The position numbers were made by a program, and so were the translations under genes. A stretch of DNA of 64,000 bases from an uncultured Gemmatimonadales bacterium (lineage in GTDB: Bacteria; Gemmatimonadota; Gemmatimonadetes; Gemmatimonadales; GWC2-71-9): positions 608,001 to 672,000 of the forward strand of contig CAVZZO010000003.1 of the NCBI GenBank assembly GCA_963779755.1, given 5' to 3'. The notes beneath the pieces were generated by a model. The model did not search any database. It was given only the letters and a program-made list of their open reading frames with translations, and was not told where the DNA came from. Shown here in pieces: positions 18,286-26,400 of the stretch (the stretch's first letter is position 1; every line of letters begins with the position of its first letter).

Positions 18286-20235
18286 TTGCGGTTCCGGTGC
18301 AAACGACCACTGGGTCCATCCCGCCACCGGCTTGCCGTCCTTTTCCGCCGGCTTCCAGCGAACCGCCCGGGCAAAGCGGCGAGCCACCCGCTCGAAGACC
18401 AGATCGTTCGACGGGGTGAATTCCCGCACCTGTTGCGTCTGGCCCTCCGCCGAAACGTACACCAGAAGCACGGTGGGACGGGGAATCCCCTGCACTTCCG
18501 GGGGTAGCGGCACGAAGGTGGGCCCCAGCGGCCGGGGCCGGACATCATAGCAGGCGTGCTCCGCATTGTACCCGGGCCCGGGCTCGGCGCACCCGGCGGC
18601 GGCCGTTCGGGCCTGGGCCAGGCGGCGAACGGCGGTGCGCCGAGCGGTCGCGGGCGCTCCCACCGGGGTCAGCGCGGGGGTGAGGTCGAGCTGGCTGTCG
18701 GCGGCGACCCTGATGGTATCGGTATAGAACTCGTGGCGCGGCGCCGAGATGGCGAGTACGTGCGGCCCGGCCGAGAGGCGCGTGATCGGCTCGAGGACCG
18801 GTCGCTCGTCGATCAGCACGGTGCTGCCCCGCGGGAGGTTCAACACCCGGACACTGCCGCTCTCCGCCGGAGCCGCCGCGACCGCACCGGCCGCCGCGGC
18901 GAGCCCGCCGGCTCCGGTATCCGGAGCGGAGGGAGGCCCGACAATGGAGCCCCCCGGCGACTCGGAAGCGGAGCGCAGGGTGTCTCCGCGGGGCGGGTCC
19001 GGGGCCGTGGCCGACGGCAGACTGTCCGTCGCCGCCGGCGTGGCCGGCGCGGCGGCCGGTCGCAGGCCGAACCAGTAGGCGGCCCCGGCAGCCCCGGCCG
19101 CCAGCACAATCAGAAAGATCCAGACGCCGGTAAAGGACGCCTGCTGCTGCCGCCGCCGGGCCACCGGCCGGCGGGTCGGGCGGCCGATGGCGGGAGCGGG
19201 CGCAGTGGCGGCCTCCGCGGCCGGCAGCGGGGTCGTAGGCTGCGACGTCACCCGCGGGCCGGCGGCGCGGGTCGCGCGGGCCGCGGCGCCGGCATCGCTG
19301 ACCGCATCGCCCGCCAGGGCGCCGATCAGCTCCTCGCCGTCGTGGAAGCGTTCGTGCGGGTCCTTGGCCATCATCTTCCGGATGACCTCGAACAACCGGC
19401 GCTCGTCGGGCGATGCCAGGTCGGGCACAGGAATCGGCTCCATGATGTGCTTGTAGCCGATGGAAAAGCTGTCTGCGCCCTCGTAGGGCACCCGCCCCGT
19501 CAGGCACTGGAACGCGACCACCCCCAGGCTGTAGATGTCGCTGCGGCCGTCGGTGGATTGCGCCCGCGCCTGTTCCGGACTCATGTAGTGCGGCGTCCCG
19601 ATGGACATGCCGGTCCCCGTAAGCCGCTGCCCGCTGGCGGCCTTGGCAATGCCGAAATCGGTCACCACGCAGGCGCCGAACTCGTCAAACATGAGGTTGT
19701 CGGGCTTGATGTCGCGGTGCACCGTGCCGCGGCGGGCGGCATAGCCCAGCGCGCTGCCGGTTTCGATCAGGATGCGGCGAATCTCGGGCGGGGTGAGCCG
19801 TTCGCGGTGGTAGAGCAGTTGCGAGAGCGAGCCGCCGCGGAGGAACTTCATGACGAAATAGGTCACCCGGCCGGCGCGGCCGACGCGATAGATCGGGATG
19901 ATATTGGGATGCTCGAGCTGCGCGGCGGTGCGGGCTTCGCGCTGAAACCGCTCGACGAATTCCTGGTCGAACGCCAGCGAGAACGGCAGCACCTTGACCG
20001 CCACCTCGCGGTCCAGGTGGCGTTCCCTGGCGCGGAAGACGATGGCCATCCCGCCCCGCCCCAGCTCCTGCAGAACTTCGTACTCCTGCGCCAGCGCTTC
20101 GGTGACGATATCCTGCTCGGTGACGCTGCCGTCGGCCAGGCCCCGCACCGGGGTGGTCGGCGTCAGGTCGAGACCGCAGTGGCTACAGTGCCGGGCATTA
20201 TCGTCGAGGGACGTTCCGCAGCGGGAACAGAACAT
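18283..20235 (-). CDS. Membrane Ser/Thr protein kinase with N-terminal Zn ribbon and C-terminal PEGA-like and TonB-C-like domains
   Basis: CSRC..CSHC, GRGGMAIV, VAVK, HRDIKPDN, DFG and GTPHYMSPEQ; one TM helix; C-terminal LVYVSAEG...WKPAEKDGKPVAGW. Confidence 0.9.
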   Translation of the reverse strand: MFCSRCGTSLDDNARHCSHCGLDLTPTTPVRGLADGSVTEQDIVTEALAQEYEVLQELGRGGMAIVFRARERHLDREVAVKVLPFSLAFDQEFVERFQREARTAAQLEHPNIIPIYRVGRAGRVTYFVMKFLRGGSLSQLLYHRERLTPPEIRRILIETGSALGYAARRGTVHRDIKPDNLMFDEFGACVVTDFGIAKAASGQRLTGTGMSIGTPHYMSPEQARAQSTDGRSDIYSLGVVAFQCLTGRVPYEGADSFSIGYKHIMEPIPVPDLASPDERRLFEVIRKMMAKDPHERFHDGEELIGALAGDAVSDAGAAARATRAAGPRVTSQPTTPLPAAEAATAPAPAIGRPTRRPVARRRQQQASFTGVWIFLIVLAAGAAGAAYWFGLRPAAAPATPAATDSLPSATAPDPPRGDTLRSASESPGGSIVGPPSAPDTGAGGLAAAAGAVAAAPAESGSVRVLNLPRGSTVLIDERPVLEPITRLSAGPHVLAISAPRHEFYTDTIRVAADSQLDLTPALTPVGAPATARRTAVRRLAQARTAAAGCAEPGPGYNAEHACYDVRPRPLGPTFVPLPPEVQGIPRPTVLLVYVSAEGQTQQVREFTPSNDLVFERVARRFARAVRWKPAEKDGKPVAGWTQWSFAPEPQ

Positions 20236-20242
20236 GACGCGA

Positions 20243-20271
20243 AGATTCGCCAGCGAGCGGGCAGGCGTCAA
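20243..20271 (-). promoter_or_regulatory. Putative sigma70 promoter of the kinase gene (leaderless)
   Basis: TTGACG-N17-GAATCT on the minus strand; 7 nt to the ATG, no SD. Confidence 0.45.
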
Positions 20272-20279
20272 GCCACCTC

Positions 20280-21860
20280 TCACCCCTTCCCTATTGTGAA
20301 CTCCTGCTCCCGCTCCACCGTCTGCCCTGCGGCATCGCGGATCACCACACGCAGGCTGTAATCTCCCGGGGTCAGGCGCGACAGATCGAGCGTGCGGTTG
20401 GCGCGGGTCGTGGCGCCCGCAGCCTGCTCTTCGAAGCCGATCCGGATCGCCTCCTCACTCCTGCCGAACAGCTTCTGCACCTTGCGGACGACGGTCAGCT
20501 GGGTGCGGTAGGTGGTGCCCGGCGCCAGGCCCAGGACGACATAGTCCACCGTCATGGTGGCGCCGGCGGGGAAATTGGCCGTGGGGTTGAACCAGATGGT
20601 ATCGTCCGGGGCGCGGACCCACCCGGGCCCGATGCTGCGCAGGCCGAGCACCAAGGCTCCGATCGCCAGGGTCTGCGGAGGCGAGGCATCGAGCAATTCC
20701 GGCGCCAGCAGCCGGCCGGAGGAGTCGCCTACCTGCACCGCCAGCCGCCATGCCAGCCGCTCGGCCGGCACCTGGAGAGCGTCGCGCCAGGCCAGGATGC
20801 GGCCGGCGGGCGGTGAGGAAACGCGGAACGCGTGGGTCGTATCCAGAATGGCCACGGGAACGCCGTTGGCATCACTGAACACCACGCGCAGGCGAACCCG
20901 GTAGGCCGCGCTCTCGCTCCAGTCCTCCAGCGCGTTGCCCGGCACGGCGTACGCGACCTGTACGGTCGCGCTGTCCGGCGAGCGCGGCCCCAGCGTGTAC
21001 AATGCCGCCCAGGCCGGAATGCTTCGGGCGAAGCGGGTGGCCGCAAGATCCTGGTCCAGTGCCAGCCAGCGCCGCGCCAGGGCGCGTTTGTATTCCGCCA
21101 GCCCCAGCCCGGGGTCGCCGCCCTCCTTCACGAACAGGCGAAACGCCAGCAGCGCCGAATCGGCGTTGCCGAATTCCCGCTCTGCGCGGCCCCACCAGAG
21201 CAGAAATGCCGGGTCCTTCCGGGCATCGGTGGTATCGGCCTCGCGCACGGCATCCAGAATGATATTGGGGCGGGGATCGTTGAGGGTGGGATTCCCCTCG
21301 GCCCGCACCAGGCCGATCGCGGCGGGCACGAAACCGGGATCGACATCGAGCGCCTGCTGAAAGAAACCGCTGGCCCGGCGGTAGGGATCGCTCTTGAAGG
21401 CTGCGGCAAGCCGGTTCTTGGTGTTGTTTACCGTGTCGCCCCGCGCCAGCTCGGCCTCGCCGCGGAGCCACCAGGCATAGGGCCAGTCCGGTTTCATCCG
21501 CGCTGCCTCGCCGAAGTCCGCCATGGCGGCCTCGGTGGCATGGCGCACCCGCAGCCGCGCCAGCCGGAGAAAGGCCAGTCCCATGCGGAGCCGTTCCATG
21601 GCGCTCTGGCCGGGGCGCCCCAGCTCGATCCGTCCGGTGGCATAGTAGGTGGGCCAGGAGGCCCGGCGCAGCTGCCGCATGGCCGCCGGCAGCGCGGCGG
21701 AATCGGTCAGCAGCGCCAGAGAATCGCGCAGCGAGTCCAGCGCGGCGCGCTGTGACGGCGTCTGGGCCGGGGACGCGGACGGGGCCAGAGACAGTACCGA
21801 CAGCAGCAGGAATGACCCCGCCAGGCGGAGCGCACGCCCCTTGGAGCGGGGCAGGCTCAT
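20280..21860 (-). CDS. Secreted TPR protein, paralog of the two GWxTD-type proteins but lacking the central domain
   Basis: Signal peptide; shares RDSL, PDWPYAW, GDS.G, DTIWFNPT and LSRLTPGDYSLRVVI motifs with its neighbours. Confidence 0.75.
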   Translation of the reverse strand: MSLPRSKGRALRLAGSFLLLSVLSLAPSASPAQTPSQRAALDSLRDSLALLTDSAALPAAMRQLRRASWPTYYATGRIELGRPGQSAMERLRMGLAFLRLARLRVRHATEAAMADFGEAARMKPDWPYAWWLRGEAELARGDTVNNTKNRLAAAFKSDPYRRASGFFQQALDVDPGFVPAAIGLVRAEGNPTLNDPRPNIILDAVREADTTDARKDPAFLLWWGRAEREFGNADSALLAFRLFVKEGGDPGLGLAEYKRALARRWLALDQDLAATRFARSIPAWAALYTLGPRSPDSATVQVAYAVPGNALEDWSESAAYRVRLRVVFSDANGVPVAILDTTHAFRVSSPPAGRILAWRDALQVPAERLAWRLAVQVGDSSGRLLAPELLDASPPQTLAIGALVLGLRSIGPGWVRAPDDTIWFNPTANFPAGATMTVDYVVLGLAPGTTYRTQLTVVRKVQKLFGRSEEAIRIGFEEQAAGATTRANRTLDLSRLTPGDYSLRVVIRDAAGQTVEREQEFTIGKG

Positions 21861-23995
21861 GAGCCCTCGTCCGGTTTGCGCAGGGCGAAGGCCGCCTCCG
21901 CATCGGCCACATGGCCGGCGGCGTCGGTAATGCGCACGCGCAGCCGGTAGTCGCCAGGTTTGAGCCGGCCCAGGCCGACGGCGCGGGACTCGCGGTCCAC
22001 GCCGCCCTGGGCGATCTCGTCGAAGCGAATGCGGACGTCCTCCTTGCGGCCCTTGCGGCCGATGGTCAGCTCGGTCTGGTAGTTACTGCCGGCGCGCAAT
22101 CCGTAGACTTCGTAATAGAGCCGGATGGTCTGGTCCGGGGTAAAGGAGGCGAACGGATTGAAGTACACCGTGTCCTCCGGCACCGGCATCCAGACCGGCC
22201 CACCTTTGCGCCCCAGCACCAGATCGCTCAGCACCGGATCCTCGCTCCGGGCGGAGGGAATGCTCAGCGAGTCGCCCTCCGTTACCGCGCCCAGGCTGTC
22301 CCCGGCCGATACGGCCAGCCGGGCGACGCGCCGGCCCGGTGGTGAGGCGAGCGTCACGCTCCCTCCGACCCAGCCGCCCCCTTCGCCCGACGGCGCGAGC
22401 TCGGTATCGCCCGAGGAGACCGGCTCACCCTCGGCGCTGGTAATGGCCGCCCGTACCCGCAGCGGGCGGCCGATGCCGCCCCCGGCGGTATCGGCCGGCA
22501 GGGATCGGGCCGGCACGGCCCAGACGAAGTGCACCAGAGTGCCCTCGCGGGAGCGGCCCACCGCCAGGATCTGATAGGCCAGTGGGAGGTCGCGGGCGAA
22601 GACCAGCGCATAGCGATCGCTGGTCACCCCCTCCTGAATGTCGTCCTCCGCCTGCCAGCGGGCCTCGTTGGCGTAATGGGCAAAGCTGGCCGAACCCGCA
22701 TCCGCCACCGCCAGGCGCCCGAACAGTTTGTTCCAGCGGGTGATGCCGGAGAGATAGTTGAAACGGTCGGGACAGTTCAGGACCGATTCCAGCAAACGGT
22801 AGTCCTCGCCGCCCGAATGGGGGGCGAAGTGAAAATACAGGTCGCCGCCCGGGCGCTTGTAGCGCCAGGAGACGCAACTGCCCACGTCGAGCCGGTAGAC
22901 CTCGGTGGGCACGCCATGGCGAATGTAGATCTCGCCCCGGTCATCGAACTCACGCTGGCTGGCGTGATAGGCTTCGAACCCCGCATACCGCCGGCGCAGG
23001 GGCAGGCGGCGGAAGTGGCGAACGGCGTAGAAGATGCGGCGGTAATGCTCCTCCAGCCGTTCCCCGTTCCGCCGCAGATCGGCCCGATCGCGGCGGCGCC
23101 AGAAATCGGCCAGGAAGGCCGCTCTCGCCCCGCCGCGCAGCGCATCGAGCCGCTCCAGGGTGGAGTCCCCGGCGATGATCGCGATGTCGCGCCGCAGCAC
23201 CGCCAGGGCGGCGGAGTCGTCGCCCGCCGCGATCTCGTAGTAGTATGCCCGCCCCTCGGGGCGCCCCAGCGCCAGCAGGGTGCGGCCGAGCTCGAGCTTC
23301 CCCCGGGCCTGGTCGCCGCCGGCCGCCAGGTAGGCGCGAAAGGCGGCGACGGCCGAGTCGGGATCGCCGGCCGAGCGCTCGATGATGCCCAGGGAAAACA
23401 GCAGTTCGGGTGTGCGGGCGCCGGGCACGGCCGCCGCCCGTCGCAGCGCGGTGAGCGCGGCCTCGGGATCGGGATTCAGGCGGTCGCGCTCCACCACGCT
23501 CACCAGGGTCACCGCCGCCGGACTGAACGCGCTGTCGAGCTCGAGCGCCCGGTGCAGGTCGCGCTGCGCCAGCCGAGCCGGATCGGTGCGGAACAGTCCC
23601 CGGACCCGGGTGATCACCTTGTAACTGGTATCCATGGTGCCGGCTTCGGCCAGACCCAGCCCGTACCAGGGATAGGCCCAGTCGGGCTCGAGGTCGGCCG
23701 CCCACTGGAACTCCGAGCCGGCATCGTCGAAGCGCGAGCGGCTGCCCAGCTGCGCCAGCCGCAGGTTGACCAGCCCGATCCGCAGGTGCCGGTAGGCGTC
23801 GTCCCGGTCCACGCGGGCGGTGTCGACCATCCGGGCTTCCAGCACCGCCAGGGCGGCCGTATCCGTTTCCTGGGAGAGCGAGTCGCGGAAGCGTTCCAGG
23901 GCGCCGACGCGGGCGGACTCCTGGCCGCAGACCGGCGCCGCGCCCAGGGCCAGCAATGCGGCCAGGCCGGCGAACCGCACCAGCCTCGCGCTCAC
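21857..23995 (-). CDS. Secreted TPR + GWxTD-type domain protein
   Basis: Signal peptide, TPR-like helices, FWRRRD...EEHYRRIFYA...FDDRGEIYIRHGVP...WRY and an Ig-like C-terminus. Confidence 0.8.
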   Translation of the reverse strand: MSARLVRFAGLAALLALGAAPVCGQESARVGALERFRDSLSQETDTAALAVLEARMVDTARVDRDDAYRHLRIGLVNLRLAQLGSRSRFDDAGSEFQWAADLEPDWAYPWYGLGLAEAGTMDTSYKVITRVRGLFRTDPARLAQRDLHRALELDSAFSPAAVTLVSVVERDRLNPDPEAALTALRRAAAVPGARTPELLFSLGIIERSAGDPDSAVAAFRAYLAAGGDQARGKLELGRTLLALGRPEGRAYYYEIAAGDDSAALAVLRRDIAIIAGDSTLERLDALRGGARAAFLADFWRRRDRADLRRNGERLEEHYRRIFYAVRHFRRLPLRRRYAGFEAYHASQREFDDRGEIYIRHGVPTEVYRLDVGSCVSWRYKRPGGDLYFHFAPHSGGEDYRLLESVLNCPDRFNYLSGITRWNKLFGRLAVADAGSASFAHYANEARWQAEDDIQEGVTSDRYALVFARDLPLAYQILAVGRSREGTLVHFVWAVPARSLPADTAGGGIGRPLRVRAAITSAEGEPVSSGDTELAPSGEGGGWVGGSVTLASPPGRRVARLAVSAGDSLGAVTEGDSLSIPSARSEDPVLSDLVLGRKGGPVWMPVPEDTVYFNPFASFTPDQTIRLYYEVYGLRAGSNYQTELTIGRKGRKEDVRIRFDEIAQGGVDRESRAVGLGRLKPGDYRLRVRITDAAGHVADAEAAFALRKPDEGS

Positions 23996-26274
23996 CGGCG
24001 CGACACCCGGCCCCGGTCGGAGGAGACTTCGAAACCTGCCAGCCGTTCCAGCATGCGGCCATCCGGGGCAGTGATGACAAGCCGGAGCACGTACTGGCCC
24101 GGCTTGAGCCGGTCGAGCTGTACGGTGCGGCGGCTGGGAGAAACCAGGCCCAGGCTGCGCTCCTGGAACCGCAGGCTGATGCTGGCCTTGCCGCCGCCCA
24201 GCAGTTTGCTCAGGCCGCCGGCCCGCTTGGAGATCTCGAGCAGCGTCTCGTACTGGGTGTCGCGCTGCAGGCCTCCGACCTCATAGAACAGTTCCATCTC
24301 GCCGTCGCGCGGGAAGACGCCGGTCGGGTTGAAGAACACGGTGTCGCCGGAGCTGCGCACCCAGTGCAGATTGGCATCGCGCCAGCCCAGCACCACCGAG
24401 CTCAACGAGAAGGCCGAGCCGTCGTACCGGCCCACGAAGATGGAATCGCGCGGGGTCACGGTGCCGGTGCTGTCGCCCTGTTCCACCGCCACCCGGTAGT
24501 AGAGCTCGCCGTTGGGCACCGGCAACGCCATGCGGCCCACCAGGTTCTCTTCCTCCGGTACGGGCTCCGGGCTCAGCAGATAGCGGGTGGTGTCGATGCT
24601 GCCGACGGCGCGTCCGTCACGGTCCAGCGCGGCGACGCGCAACCGCACCGGATAGACGTAGCCCTGCGGCACTTTCTGCGGCGTCAGCGCCTTGCCGGGA
24701 ATGGCCCAGGTCACCTGCAGCAGTTCGAGATCCCGCTCATGCCCCACCGCCATGACGTCGGTCCGGGCCTGGAGCTGGCGCTGATACTGCAGCTCGTAGC
24801 TGTCGGTCGAGGTGCCGGTCTGGATGCTGCGCTGGCCCGTGGCGCGCTCCTGCGAGCCCAGGCTCATCAGCCCGGCCGCGCCGGCCCCGCGCAGCCGCTG
24901 GTAGATGGGCGAGATCCGGTCACGCGATTCCAGCAGCCGGTCGACCCGATTCCGCAGCACCGTATCCTCGCTGCCGTTCTGCATGCTGAGCAGCGTGCCG
25001 AAGCCAAGCACATCGAACAGGCTGGCCACCAGCTTGTAATCCTGCACGTCCTCCCGCGCGACGAAATGGAAGACCAGGTCGCCGCCGGGGCGCGCGTAGC
25101 GCCAGGTTTCGTTGGGCTCGATGCCGGGCAGCGCCAGCCGGGCCCGTTCGGTCGGTTCGCCCTGGCGGATGTAGATCACGCCCCGGTCGTCGAAGTCCTC
25201 GCTGTTGGAGCGGTAGACCTCGGAGATGTCGTAGTGACGGTGCAGGCTGGCCAGCGCGAAGTTTTCCTGCGCGTAGTGGATGCGCCGGTAGTGCTCCCGC
25301 AGCCGGGCGCCGCTCTGGCGCAGGTCGGCCCGGTCCCGGGCGGCCCAGAAGGAGCGCAGCCAGCGCTCCCGCGCCACGCCCTGCCGCCGGTCGAATTCGG
25401 CCAGCGTGGTGTCATCGGCGATATACGCCAGGTCCTTGCGGTACTCGGCCACCGCGGTGCTGTCGTTCAGCGAGGCGCCATGGAAATAGTTGGCCACCCC
25501 GGACATGCTGCCGGCGGCGAACTGGGTGCGGGCAAGCTCCAGCAGACCCAGCGCCTGGTCGGGGCCGGTTTCCACGTAGCGGGTGAACGCCGCCAGCGCC
25601 GAATCGATACTGCCGGCCAGCCGCTCCACCCGGCCCCGGACCAGCAATACCTCGGGGTTGCTCGCCGCCGCGGTTGCACCGGCCGCGCGCAGCGCTTCAC
25701 GTGCCAGGTCGAGCTTGATGTTGATCCGCTGGCCCAGGGCAGTGTTGGCCAGCTCCACCAGCCCCTTCACAAAGGAAGGATCCACCTGGGCGGCGTGCGC
25801 AAAGGCCAGAGCCCCCTTGGAGAGATGGTCCTTCCCGAACAGGTTCTGCAGCCCCGCGATCAGCGAGATCTCGGGCTCGCCAACCCCGAGCTCCGCCAGC
25901 CCCAGGCCGTACCAGGCATAGGGCCACTTCGGCTGCAGATCGGTGGCCCATTCGAACTCGCTGCCGGCATCTTCATAGTGCTGCTTATCGCCGAAATCGC
26001 CCAGCCGCAAGGCGAGGAACCCGAGCCGGAGGTGCAGCAGGGTATCGTTACGATGGGTCCGGGCGGAGTCGATCAGGTGCTGCTCCAGCGTCTCCAGCCC
26101 GACGCTGTCCGTCACCGCGGCCAGCGAGTCGCGAAAGCGTTCGATCGCGGCGCGATCGTCGGGCGACTGGGCATGCAGGGAACGGAGCGGCAGACCGGCG
26201 AGCAGGCAGCAGAGCAGGCCGGCAGCCGGTGCAACGGTCCTGACGGGACGGAACAGGGGGGAATGCAGAGTCAT
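23992..26274 (-). CDS. Secreted TPR + GWxTD-type domain protein
   Basis: Signal peptide, FWAARD...REHYRRIHYA...FDDRGVIYIRQGEP...ETWRY; 4-nt overlap with the next gene. Confidence 0.82.
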   Translation of the reverse strand: MTLHSPLFRPVRTVAPAAGLLCCLLAGLPLRSLHAQSPDDRAAIERFRDSLAAVTDSVGLETLEQHLIDSARTHRNDTLLHLRLGFLALRLGDFGDKQHYEDAGSEFEWATDLQPKWPYAWYGLGLAELGVGEPEISLIAGLQNLFGKDHLSKGALAFAHAAQVDPSFVKGLVELANTALGQRINIKLDLAREALRAAGATAAASNPEVLLVRGRVERLAGSIDSALAAFTRYVETGPDQALGLLELARTQFAAGSMSGVANYFHGASLNDSTAVAEYRKDLAYIADDTTLAEFDRRQGVARERWLRSFWAARDRADLRQSGARLREHYRRIHYAQENFALASLHRHYDISEVYRSNSEDFDDRGVIYIRQGEPTERARLALPGIEPNETWRYARPGGDLVFHFVAREDVQDYKLVASLFDVLGFGTLLSMQNGSEDTVLRNRVDRLLESRDRISPIYQRLRGAGAAGLMSLGSQERATGQRSIQTGTSTDSYELQYQRQLQARTDVMAVGHERDLELLQVTWAIPGKALTPQKVPQGYVYPVRLRVAALDRDGRAVGSIDTTRYLLSPEPVPEEENLVGRMALPVPNGELYYRVAVEQGDSTGTVTPRDSIFVGRYDGSAFSLSSVVLGWRDANLHWVRSSGDTVFFNPTGVFPRDGEMELFYEVGGLQRDTQYETLLEISKRAGGLSKLLGGGKASISLRFQERSLGLVSPSRRTVQLDRLKPGQYVLRLVITAPDGRMLERLAGFEVSSDRGRVSRR

Positions 26275-26400
26275 CCGAAAATCCTTCGCCAGCCGGCCCG
26301 CCCCCGGGCCGGGGGAGGCGGATGGCTGTTGCCATACCTGAGGGTCACACCGATATCCCCGGTTGTCAATGGAAAGGCGGCTCTTCCGGCGCCCCGGAAG

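Noticed and set aside
18560..19300. Ala/Pro-rich low-complexity tracts in the kinase
   Set aside because: Ordinary flexible linkers with no nucleotide-level periodicity.
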